A DNA stretch of 63,257 nucleotides, the filler included. It is 14 parts of 14 records of this genome, joined end to end, with 100 filler letters (N's around TTAATTAATTAA, not from the genome) between each part and the next. Parts side by side here need not be neighbours in the genome. Positions count along the whole stretch, not along the records: positions 11,296 to 15,345 come from SRR7504441_13718; positions 15,446 to 19,572 come from SRR7504441_13743; positions 19,673 to 23,177 come from SRR7504441_13749; 11 more parts are not named here. One strand, given 5' to 3'. The notes beneath the pieces are model-generated. The model did not search any database, was not told the DNA's origin, and saw only the letters and a list, made by a program, of their open reading frames with translations. Both the position numbers and the translations under genes were made by a program. Below, piece after piece: positions 11,615 to 22,645 of this stretch. Every line of letters begins with the position of its first letter. The stretch's first letter is position 1.

Positions 11615-13661
11615 TCAGTAAGCCATTTCCTTCACGTCGTCCGCCACTGTTAGCTTTGCACCGGTTGCAGCTTGCACGTCGTCAGTGCTGAGTCCAGGTG
11701 CCACTTCAGTCAGCACCAGCCCCTTCCGCGGGTCCACCTGCGCGCAGTGAGCCCAGTGCGCGTGTTGCGCCATGCCTGGATAGTGGCCATGTCGGTGATG
11801 ATCGTGTTCACCACTGCTTTGCCTGTGAGAGGCAGGGTGCACTTGTCTAGGATCTTATGAGTGCCGCCCTTGGCTACATGCTCCATCGTGACCACAACCC
11901 GCGAACCCGAGCCCACGAGGTCCATCGCGCCGCCCATGCCCTGACCGGCCAGATGGCCCGCGCCCGAGGGGGGGGGGGTCACCTTGACCATTTTACCTGG
12001 GATGATCCAATTGGCTAGATCGCCTGCTGAAGAGACCTGCCATTAACACTCAGACCGGCTGATTCAGCCAGGCGCCTGCAGCCCTCCCAGGATGGTGAGG
12101 TCGATATGCTTTCCTCGGATCATCCCAAAAGACGCCGCCGAAGAGAACAGTGACGACCCTGGCAGTGTCGTCACTGTCTCCTTGCCTGTCCATGACTGGT
12201 CAGCTCGTACTCGCTCGCTGCGCGTGCCTGCGTTGATCATGTCGGCGTCCTCCTGTCCAGCCAGCGGGTACGGCCCCATCCCGAGCAGCCCGTTCTCCGA
12301 CTGTAGTTCTACTACAATCCCTGCCACCCGGTCGGCTCGCACCTCGAGCGCTCACACCGTCAGGGATATAGTTAGAGGCGAGCGTCGGGATCCCGATCCC
12401 TAGATTCACGTACATCCCATCGCTAAACTCCTCAGCCGCCCGCCGCACAATCCGGTTCCGGCCTGCAAACGGCTCGACGGTTCGCGCCCCGGTTGACCTT
12501 CGCTGAGCTTGACTTCATCAGCTCCATCGGCTGCACTCACAGTGAGCTTCTCGATCCTCTTCTTGCTGTGCGTCGCTTTGAACACCCGCTGCACGAACAC
12601 CCCCGGCGTGTGGATCTCGGCCGGGTCCAGCTCACCTGCCGCAGGCTCTCGCGGGCCGGCTCTGCCAGCCCGCCTGCTTCGACAATCTCCTCGACCTCCG
12701 CGATAGTGATTCTCCCGGCAGTCGCCATCACAGGATTGAAATTCTGGGCGGTCCCCCTGTACACCAGATTACCCCGGGTGTCCGCCTGCACCCGCTCGGC
12801 CGGGCCGACCGGTGGGTCACCTTCCAGGCCTTGACCAGTGCAAAGTCGCCTGTGATAGCTTCCTCCATCACAAAGTTCCGGCCTCCGAACTGTCGACTCT
12901 CGCGAGGCTGCGACCCCGCCTCCGGCCACAGCCGCCCGGTGCCCTACCTCGCTGCCCAGCGCCACCGAGCCGTCCGTGTTGAACCGGATCGGGTTGTTGC
13001 CTGGGGTCGCAGGTGGCGCCCGGCCGTGGCGGGGCTGCACCTTCCTGGATCATGGTGCCATAGCCTGTCGGGGTGAAGAAGGCCGGGATCCCGGCCCCGC
13101 CGGCCCGGCAGCGCTCGGCCAGCGTGCCCTGCGGTGTGAGCTCAACTTCGAGCTCGCCTGTCAGATATTGCCGCTCGAATACTTTGTTCTCCCCAACATA
13201 CGACGAGATCATCCGGCGGACCTAACCGCACTCGACCCCGGCCCCGGCCGGCCCGGCCGCCTGACGGGTGGCCAGCAGCAGCCCGATCCCCTCGTCGTCC
13301 ACCCCAGCGTTGTTGCTCACCATAGTCAGCCCGGCGGCCCCCTGGTCCCTAAGCGCCTGCAGCCCGGGCTCGAACGCCCGGCCGGTAAACGGGTCCCACC
13401 TCGATGGCCCGCTCCGGGATCCCGCAGAGCCCGAACCCGCCCACCAGCACCGTCGCCTCGTCCGGAATGTCGGCCACCTGCCCCCCGGTCCAACGGGGCT
13501 GGCCAGGCCGCACCGCCGCCCCGGCGGAGTCCCAGATCTTCTGGGAGCTGCTCGCGAACCGGCGGGCTGCCCCGGGCTCAGCGGCGGGCGAGCGGGGGGA
13601 GGGCACCGCGGGGGGTGCAGGCCAGCCGGCGCAGCGCGAATTGAGTGAGAGATCCGGCCAT
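11615..13661 (-). CDS. OXCT1: Mitochondrial succinyl-CoA:3-ketoacid CoA transferase (SCOT), 15 exons
   Basis: Spliced product reads [58 protein letters not shown] (catalytic Glu) and GMGGAMDLV. Arg/Ala-rich presequence from ATG 13661. Fourteen introns of 35-43 nt traced base by base. Confidence 0.96.
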
Positions 13662-13747
13662 TATGCGAAGAGATCGGTGCCCGGAGCTCGAAGTAACGGC
13701 AACTGAAGCCACCTGCCGCCACCGCCAGCACCTCGAGCTGCCTCGAC

Positions 13748-15178
13748 ATGTACTGCGGCAGCGAGGAAGAGTGTGTGAGCGAGGAGTGCGTGAGCGAGGA
13801 GGAGGCGCCGGGAGACGACAGGTGGGACGGAGTGGGGTGGGGCGGGGACGGCGAGGAGGACGCCTCCGACTGCGAGGAGGAGTACGAGGAGGAGTACGAG
13901 GAGGAGTATGCCGAGGACGAGTGCTGCGACGAGGGGGAGCAGCGGCGCCAGTTCCTGGCCGACGATATCGCCAGGGTGAGTATTCAGTTCAAGCAGGCGG
14001 ATGGCGAGGGCGGCTGGGACTCTGTCGAGCTCTGGTGCGAGATTGAGCTGGACGACGACGAGCTGGACGACGAGGACTGGTGCAGCGAGGAGGAGGCCGT
14101 CTCCGAGTGGGACGAGGAAGGCTGGAGCGAGGAGGACGAGCCGGTGGAGGAGCCGCCGGACCAGGACTGGCAGGAGCAGCAGGAGTTGTTCGAGGACGAC
14201 GAGTTCCCAGCCGAGGAGCAGAGCGTAGGCCAGGCCAGCGGCGACACCGCCTCCGGGGTGCTCTTTCAAAGCGTCGAGTGCTGGCGACGACTGCCCGAGC
14301 TGAGTGATGAGGCCAAGCTGTTTGGGACGATCGCTTCGGACGATATCTGCCAGGGCGAGGTGGGGAACTGCTGGTTCCTGGCGGCGTGCGCGTCCGTCGC
14401 AGCGTACCCGAGCTGGATCCGAGCGATGTTCTCCAAGAGCCCAGACCTGCAGCCGGGTGGAAAATACCAAGTCCGGCTCTACAATCCAGCCGTACGGGAG
14501 TTTCAGTACATTACAGTGAGCGACCAAGTGCCGTGCAAGTCGGGCGATACGGCCAGCTTCTGTGGACTAACCGAAGACGGAGAGATATGGCCGGCGCTGA
14601 TCGAAAAGGCGCTGGCCAAGATGTGCTGTAGCTACGCAGCGACCGAGGCCGGCTACCCTGCTTGGGGTCTCACCTACCTGTGCGGACAAGAGAGCGAAAA
14701 GTGGGACAAGCAGGATAACGGAAGCTGGATGAAGAGCACGGTGTGCTGGGACTCGGAACATCCTGGGCGGGAGGCCGAGCGGTTCACGGAAGATCCTGAC
14801 GAGCTGAACAAGAGCACACTCTGGGCGGCGCTGCTGGCGTATGCAGCCAAGCGGTATCCGATGGGCTGCAGCATAGGCTCGGCGCTGCCTGAAGATACCG
14901 GGCTGATAAGCGGGCACGCCTACTCGCTGCTCACTGTGCGGGAGCTGAGGGCGCATTCGGGGAAGAAGCTTAAGCTGCTTAAGATACGCAACCCGCACGG
15001 CGAGAGCGAGTGGACCGGCAAGTGGAGCGATGACTCGGACAAGTGGCAGAAGAACCCCAAGGTGGCTAGGAAATTAGGATTCGTCCAGGCGGATGACGGC
15101 TCGTTTTGGATGTCGCTCAAGGATTTTGTCTTGTACTTTGATACGTTCTCGGTGTGCAAGCGCGCGATGGCCGAATGA
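13748..15178 (+). CDS. Calpain-family cysteine protease (CysPc domain only) with a ~150-aa acidic N-terminus; intronless
   Basis: DICQGEVGNCWFLAA (catalytic Cys), WPALIEKA.AK, GHAYS (His), IRNPHG (Asn), W.G.WSD, DDGSFWMS. Confidence 0.93.
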   Translation: MYCGSEEECVSEECVSEEEAPGDDRWDGVGWGGDGEEDASDCEEEYEEEYEEEYAEDECCDEGEQRRQFLADDIARVSIQFKQADGEGGWDSVELWCEIELDDDELDDEDWCSEEEAVSEWDEEGWSEEDEPVEEPPDQDWQEQQELFEDDEFPAEEQSVGQASGDTASGVLFQSVECWRRLPELSDEAKLFGTIASDDICQGEVGNCWFLAACASVAAYPSWIRAMFSKSPDLQPGGKYQVRLYNPAVREFQYITVSDQVPCKSGDTASFCGLTEDGEIWPALIEKALAKMCCSYAATEAGYPAWGLTYLCGQESEKWDKQDNGSWMKSTVCWDSEHPGREAERFTEDPDELNKSTLWAALLAYAAKRYPMGCSIGSALPEDTGLISGHAYSLLTVRELRAHSGKKLKLLKIRNPHGESEWTGKWSDDSDKWQKNPKVARKLGFVQADDGSFWMSLKDFVLYFDTFSVCKRAMAE

Positions 15179-15777
15179 TGTGTCACTAGTCTCGAGCTAT
15201 CAATGAATACGTACGAGTACTTGCGCAATCAATACCAGTACGTACTCTTGAAATAGTCTTACGTATACGCAATAGGCGGCGTGAACTTGATAGTAGTTTA
15301 GGGTACAAGTTTTCCAAAATAAGTCGGTCGGTCGGTCGGTTAAATNNNNNNNNNNNNNNNNNNNNNNNNNNNNNNNNNNNNNNNNNNNNTTAATTAATTA
15401 ANNNNNNNNNNNNNNNNNNNNNNNNNNNNNNNNNNNNNNNNNNNNCGTCGACAAAGCCGGGGCCACTTCGCCCAGCTGTGCGATCGCCTGGTCCGGGCGG
15501 CTCAGCGGCCGGGGACGCGGGCGGAACCTTCAGGCAATCCTCACGAACGACGGCCAGGTAGGATAGTAGGCCAGCCGCGTTCTGGGCCTTGGCCTACCCC
15601 CGGCCGGGCTGGCGGCGGGCCGGTGGGGCGATAAGCACCGTGTCCTCAGACTGGAGGGCTCGGACCATGAGCTTGATGTCGGGGAGCGGTCTAGCGCGCG
15701 CAGTCTTGCCCATCTTGGTATCACTCAAATAGCGCACCCGGCTTGGGCCAACTGACTTGCCGTTGTAAACTCATGAT

Positions 15778-16152
15778 ATGAGTGGCCACAGTGGCCAGGC
15801 ATCAGGCTATGAGTACTCCTACGAGCCTCCAGCCCGGCCGGTGGTGGTCCGGGCCCGGGACCCGTTCGACTGGGTGCCCCGGCTGCGCGAGAGCCACCAG
15901 CAGCGGGCCGCGTTCAGGGCCGAGTGCGAGAGGGAGGAGGCCGCTCTCCGGCGCGAGGCAGACCTGCCGCACAACCTGTTCAGAGCGTCGACTGGGGGCC
16001 CGGGGCCCGTTCGACTGGATGCCCCGGCTGCCGCATCCAGGGCCGAGTGCGAGAGGGATGAGGCCGCTCTGCGGCGCGAGGCAGACCTGCCTCACGATCT
16101 GTTCAGAGCGTCGGTGGAGGCCAGCTCGCCGCGGCGGGGCGAGCACCGATGA
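15778..16152 (+). CDS. Small hypothetical protein made of two imperfect tandem units
   Basis: RAECER.EAALRREADLPH.LFRAS occurs twice. DNA repeat 15915-15990 versus 16038-16113. Confidence 0.45.
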   Translation: MSGHSGQASGYEYSYEPPARPVVVRARDPFDWVPRLRESHQQRAAFRAECEREEAALRREADLPHNLFRASTGGPGPVRLDAPAAASRAECERDEAALRREADLPHDLFRASVEASSPRRGEHR

Positions 16153-16630
16153 CATGGCCTGCGCCGGACGAGCTGGACGGTGCTTGATGAGGACGTGCAG
16201 CACTTCGCATGTACAGTAGATCGCAAGATGCCCGTGGCCCAACCGGGCAGGGGGTGCCGTGAGTACAGCATGGCTAAACCGCACATATACACCATAGATC
16301 GGGTACTGACTGGTTTTGATGGCTGAACTTGGGCCATGGCCACGCTTCGTCATCGAGCAGCCGAGCTACAAGGCTCAACCGAGCCACGTCCGCGCGTCCC
16401 CACACCGCCATCAAAATACAGTACGAGCTACAACAGAGGAATACTTGGTCCGGCAGTGTATTTGGTTAATGAAAACTAGAATGCTAATGCGCTCTGGTTA
16501 GACCCTCGCATAGACAATTATGTTGTCGTCCAGTCAAAGAAGCGGCTACCACGTTGCTCGCGAACATACACTGCCTTGCTTACGTGGCGTGGCGCCTTGG
16601 CGGCACGGGTGGCGTAGATCATTCGGGTAC

Positions 16631-17818
16631 TCAGAGGTCTGGCATGAACTGCTCTTGGTGCATCAGTTGATTGATCGCAAAATAAACTCTCCGGACAAAC
16701 GCTGCCGGAGTCTCGCCCTGCCTAAAGCTGATTGCCTTCCCGAGCACCGTAGTGAGCGGGACAGGAAATGGCCCAGCAAACAGCGCAAAGGGCAGCTTGG
16801 TGGTGTGATAGAGCCACTGGACCAGCCGGGTGCTGGCGAGCAGTGTAACGAACACGTGTCGGATGTTCCTTGTAAACATCGGCACCACAGGCACACCGGC
16901 CTGCTGAGCGACCTCAGCGAACCCTTTACGCTCCCCCCACTGGAGCATGTAGTCTTTACTCGCCCCAGATATCGCCTCCGCCACCTGCAGCCCCAGTCAG
17001 CCGCCGCCGGCCATCCGGCGCACCCCGCCAGGAGAGACGAGAACCAGCTCGCCCTGCCCAAGCAGCCGGAGCGCCGCGTCCCTATCGGCGGGCACCCCGC
17101 CGCACTCGCGGGCCAGATACCCAAATATAGGGATCTGGAACACAAAGTCGGCCGCCAGCACTTTGGCAAGCCGCCCGGTTTCTCTATATAGTCGGCCCGG
17201 CAGCAGGTACATGTCGCTTGGAATGAAGCCGTGGTAGCACACTATGAGCGCTCCGCCCCGCTTGGGCACCGCCGACGCCCCGATCAGTTCATACCCGTGC
17301 CACAGGCTGGCCACCCGGTCGATTAACCCAAACAGCGCCCGGCGGGCCTGATCGGCTGATGCTATGAACCGCAGCCAGATCACAAACGCAACCAGCCCGC
17401 CGCCCAGCCCGAGACCCGTCAGCTTGGCCGCACGCCAGACCCGCGCCCACCGGCTGGGCCGGCTCTGGTCGGGCTCCGGGCTCAGGTCGGGCTGGGCCGG
17501 CCGGGCGAGCCGGCAGCCGAGCCACAGGGCGAGCAAGTGGGAGCACAGCAGCAGCAGCCGCGTGAGGTTCTGCCGCAGCGCTGGGCTGATCCGGTCGAAG
17601 CAGAGCGCCAGGGTGAACTGGAGCTTGTGGAACCACTGGAGCTGGTAGAGCACCCCGAGGCGCAGCCGGAGGCTGAGCGGAGACGAGCCGAACAGCACAC
17701 CCTCGGTCGGACGGGCGCCGGCATCCCAGTAGTTGACGGGTCGGCGGGGCCGGGGCGGCCGCGACACCCCGAAGAAGTCGTTCAGGTAATGCTGCTCGGG
17801 ACGCGTAAGCCACTCCAT
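16631..17818 (-). CDS. TMEM68: TMEM68-like (DGAT2/LPLAT-superfamily) acyltransferase
   Basis: WHGYEL.G...VP..GGALIVCYHGFIPSD, SPGG|VAEA, W..RKGFAEVA..AGVPVVPMFT.NI, GPFPV.LTT.LG. Intron 16985-17023. Confidence 0.85.
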
Positions 17819-18115
17819 GTCGGTGAGCAGCCCCGAGACGCTATCGACCAAACACCCCGTGAGCAACCCGGCTAACGACTCTGGGTTAACACGGCAGCGA
17901 CGGCTCGATGTAACAGCTCGATGTATAGTCAGGTAGATCTACCGTACCAAGTACTGCTACCGTACTGCATGGTGGGCGCACCGCAGTAGTCAGGCACGCA
18001 CAGGTATTAAATGATTTAATGCTACATGTTACATATGACCGTGAGGCAATAAATTTGACCAAAAAGTGCGGCGCCCAGCTGCGGAATTAGGCGTGCCCGG
18101 CCGCCCTGTAGGCAA

Positions 18116-19572
18116 CTAGGCAACGATCGAGTCGGTGCACCCACCGCTTGTCAAACTCTTCATCGCTGATGTCGGCCGTCTCCTTCGCAATCCCTGCGCG
18201 CAAAACTAAAACAAACTCCTACTGGCAGTCGCACCGTCGACCCATTCGTCGATTGTGATAGACTTGCTCTTATCGAGGTCGCAGTTGGCTAGAAACTGGC
18301 GATGATACTGCCCGAACACCAGCCGAAGCTCCGGCACGCTCAGCTCGCCATCCTGATCGTGGTCAATCTGCGTAAAATAGCTCCGCAGCAGGTCCTGCCG
18401 GCTCAGCGCGACCTGCACACGGGTGACGGCTGGCCCGGCCGCATGGCGCCACATGGTTGGCCGGCTCCTGGTCAGAGTCGCCACTCGAGTAATTGAGCAG
18501 CAGGCACTTCACCAGCTTCATGTGCACAGCAGCTGCTTCCACATCCGTTAGCTCAAAAGTGCCGTCTGCCGCCGCGTTGAGCGTGGATGGTTCGCCAAAC
18601 AGCGCTGTGGCCACCTGCGCACCGCCTACTAAGTCTACCTACCTATGCTCGCGAAGAGTTTACCCGGCCGGCGAGAGCGTTTATTTCGGTCTTTGTAGCT
18701 GGGATTGCAAGGGCGGCTCGCCAGTGCTTGAGCAGCGACCAGAGCAGGGCTCGGTGCGCCGGATCCACGCTGCTGCGGAGGGCGCTGTTAAACTCCTCTG
18801 GGTCGCTGGCCGCATTGTACAGGAGCAGGGCGAGCTCAGGCCCAATCAACGGCTGGGCGAGCGACCGCATCAGACGGAGCAGCAGGCTGGCCACTTTGCG
18901 AGGCTCGGTGCCTGGCACAACCCCACTAACTTGGAGCTCTTGCGACTCTCCGCCGTCATCCCTCCAGAGCCCGGCCTGCACCAATCAACTCCGTCAATCG
19001 CACAATCAACGGGCACCTCTCCGAGGCCGTGCCGGTCCAGGAAGGCCAGGCACTCAAACACTGCATCCGGTATTGCTCCCGACCCGGCCGGTCGCCGCCG
19101 CTCATTGGACGCTCGAACGTCGAACGGACTTCGAGGGGCCGGTTGAGTATCGGCAGAGACCGGAGATAACTGGTTGAACGCATCATCGCCACGCTCTGCA
19201 GCCAAATACCACCGCGGTTTGCTGACAGCGGGGCTCTTTCTTGGAGCTTGCTCGAGAGCAGGCCGGACTGATTCGGTCGGCTGCTCAGAGACTTGGCGCT
19301 GGGCCGCTTGCTCTATGGTTTCGTCCTTGATACCCAGACGCGCCAGCTCCAGCTTGATTGCGGGTTCCATCAGCGAGCCAGTTTTTCGCGATTGTTTCTC
19401 TGCCTTGCTGCGCCCAGGTGCTTGCGTTGAGTGTGCTGCATTCTGGCCTAGCGAGGATGGCTGATCGGCTGATGACTCTTCTGATTTCCGTTGCTTGGCG
19501 CCGCTAGACGGGTTGGCTGGAATACTCCTGGCAGACTCCACCTCCTCTGCTGCTTTGGCAGCCACCGCTGCA
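18116..19572 (-). CDS. RhoGAP-like domain plus C-terminal EF-hand pair (5'-truncated, spliced)
   Basis: IPDAVFECLAFLDRHGL, GLWR (Arg finger), VASLLLRLMRSLAQPLI, ATALFG. EF loops DHDQDGELSVPE and DLDKSKSITIDE. Confidence 0.7.
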
Positions 19573-19705
19573 NNNNNNNNNNNNNNNNNNNNNNNNNNNN
19601 NNNNNNNNNNNNNNNNTTAATTAATTAANNNNNNNNNNNNNNNNNNNNNNNNNNNNNNNNNNNNNNNNNNNNTATGCAGACAACCATGTATTATCATGAC
19701 TTAAG

Positions 19706-22645
19706 CTAACGTTCCCCATTGCTCACGTTCTTGTAGTAGCCAACAATTACCTCGCTAAAGGACAGCGCGTCGACACTTTGCTGTCGAAAGCGGGCCTGCA
19801 CTGCCGAGAACCGAGCACTATCTACAAGACCCTCAAGAGAATCCCAACCACGAGCATGTTGGCGCGCCTCTGCGCGAGCTTCTTCACTTCGGATCTCAAC
19901 GTATTCGACGAGAGGCACCCTTGACCCGTTTGCAAGGGAGATCGGATGGCTCCACGGGAGGTTGTGAAAGAAAAGTAGCAGCTCCTGTGGACAGGTGCTA
20001 ATGTTATTGTACATCTCTGCCACAGGTGCTAGATATCTGGAGGCAAAGTTCGTGCCAGTGGAGACGCGATTGCAGCCTAGGCCGTAGGCACTCATATTTT
20101 GGGTGTCATAGTTAGCGCAAGGATCCAAGAAGTAGTGCCAGTGCTGGTGACCGTCTTCGAGCCCCTGGGGATGACCAAAGTATGGGAACTCCAAGTTACT
20201 CTGCAGACAGTCATAGTTACACTGTCGACTGAATGGGCACTGGCTGCCATCAGGCCCAGGCCCAGGGCCCAGCGTCTTAGGTGCACAACCAAAGCCACTG
20301 CCCGGCGCATCATCGGCCGAGTAGGAGCCGCAGCCCGCACACATCCAGCCGATTCCTAGAGGGCTGGTGTATCCCTCATATGTAGTCCACGACTGGTCTA
20401 AGATGTTCACGATCGTATCGACGAGCTTGGCTCGGCCAATTGGCTGTACATGCGGCGACGAGAAAGTCATTGCTGCCCACTCGCGATGAATCTCTGTTGG
20501 GTCCTGCTGCGGGTCCCACGACAAGCGACCACACCCGAAAGCAGAAGAGGCCGCGAATACATGCCCAGTCACATTTCGCCACAGGCCAAAGTTGGATATG
20601 CACGCCATTCCCTTGCCTTTGTACTTGTGGTGCTTTGCGGACAGCACGGATGCAATCGTTGTTCCATTTCTATCAAAGTCAAAGTCAAGATAATGCTTCC
20701 ACTGTGGCGTCAAGGCGACTGCATGTATCTGCTGGCCCGTGTCACAGTTACCGGTGTATGTCTCCATCATCATCTTCGTCTTGGTCAAACCGCCAGCAAG
20801 CAGCGGATGGATCGGGTCCCGAATCAAAAAGTCCATCGGCGTATGCTTAATCTGTACAATTACATTCTCGTCGAACTGTCCATCCAGCGGATGAATGGTG
20901 TCATACTCTTGCTTTGCCTTCTCCTCGTGTGCATTAGAAGTATCGCCGCCATAGATAAAGGCACGCCACAGCACCACCGCGTCATTGATGGGCTTGAGAG
21001 CACGAGCGAGCAGATTGGCTCCTTCGGCTTCGGTCTTGTTGAAGGTCTGTGGCCCCTAGAAGGTCTGACTCAGAATGGCGCTGATAACGGGCAGGCACCT
21101 GGTTGCCTTCACAGTCCGCCTTGACGAGGAATCCTCCAAATGTTGGGAACAAAGATTTAATCTCTAGGGCTTTCGCGGTCCACCAGCGCTCAGCCTCGGG
21201 GTTGTCAGGGTTGGGACTGATGCCCGCAAGCAATCCTGGAGCAGCATAGCAAACTGCACGTGATCAGCGCCGATATTATGTAGGGCACCTGTCCAGTATG
21301 GCTTGATACTGTACTGAAGGAAGAGTTGACCCACATTCTTGGAAATATTCTTTAGCGATTCGCTTTCGAGAGTCATGACGTTGTCGCCCACACACGCGTC
21401 CACATTCAGGATTGCTATGCCGTTGAACCCGACACTCTTAATGCTTCGGAGCATATGAGCAAATCGAGTGCGGTAGGCTCCTGGGCCGTTGGTATCGAAT
21501 GGGTCCAACCCTATTTCAGTCGGCTGAACGCTCTCGACCGAGAGGCACTGGCCTCCATCGGCGGGACTCGAGATCTCGGGCATTGTCCTGATTTGCTGGG
21601 TGGCTTGATCGTAAGCAAACATCTGTTTTCGGATGTAAGCCTCCTCCACAGGGTCGCGGCTGGTTTTAGGAAGTTTACAAGAGCTGAGCTGGATCACTGG
21701 ACCCTCGCCCGATTGCACGTCGATGCACCGCCCGAGACTCCAAGGAGCGCCATGTGGCACCACAGGCTCGCGACTCCATGCCGATATGGTCTGGTTTCGG
21801 TTGAAGCTCCAGCCCGTGCACGCCGACTGATTGCCCGTGGTCTCCATCGGATTTTGGGGAGTTTCGCTGGACAGGCACTCACGGCTGGCAACGTTTGTAA
21901 TACTGACGCGACTGCCAGAGCCCACAGCCGCGACCGCCCACCGCTGCCAGCTGTCTGTGGCGTTGCACGCGCGCAGAAAGACTTTATTCCGAGGCGGCGG
22001 TTTGCCATCAGCGAGTAGAGCATAAGGCCAGAGGATCGACCGGCCGGAGAAGCCCTGTTCTATCGACCCATCGGCGTTATCCCTGTCACAACGGACCACG
22101 CGTCAGCGCATGGCGGGAGAGGCGACTGACCAAAGGTTCCAGACCCGCCGCTCCATGGCGGGCGCACTCTCATAGTCGTGTGGGATCGGTCTGTGCTGCT
22201 GGAGCAACGACAACAGTCGGAAGGTACCGTAAAGCAGCCCCGAGCCGTTGGCCGCCTCGACATGGACCACGCCCGATGCCTGCCGAATCCGGAAGCCCTC
22301 TGCGCCTAGCGTTGCCGAGCCCGAGGCGCCCACCACGCTGGCCACAAGCCTGACCCCCGCAGCAGCGGGCGCCGGAGTGACGGTCGCAGTGTACGCAGTC
22401 CCAAGCAGCCCGCCGAGACCGGTTTCCAGCTCGTCCGCCACTGCTGAAAGCTGCAGCCGGGAGTCGCTGCAGCCTTCCGGAGGACAGACCACGGCGGCCG
22501 AAGAGCCGAGCAGCGACCTGTACGTTGCCAGCTGGCTACCTGACACGAGCGGGTACCGAAGCCACAGCGGATCGAACCCGACCGGTGAGCCGGAGCTTGC
22601 AGCTGCTGCGAGCAGGGTGGCAGCCAAGAGCCCAGAGCCCGGCAT
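19706..22645 (-). CDS. Secreted GH67 alpha-glucuronidase-like protein with an internal ricin-B/CBM13-like insert (spliced)
   Basis: Signal peptide, LWLRY, LGAEGF.I, GLLYG.F.LL, DNADGSIEQGFSGRSI, SVGFNGIAILNV, FGGFLVKADCEG, GANLLARAL, VVLWRAFIY, LDGQFDENVIVQIK..PMDF..RDP, GRLSWDP, CPQELLLFFH. Confidence 0.9.

Noticed and set aside
11738-13606. Mini-introns as introner transposons
   Set aside because: No shared sequence or terminal inverted repeats seen among them; the flanking CAG/G repeats are explained by splice-site consensus.
11615-13661. Fragmented ORFs suggesting pseudogenes, programmed frameshifts or an alternative genetic code
   Set aside because: All breaks in SCOT, GH67, tyrosinase and Tim10 resolve as GT/GC-AG introns under the standard code.
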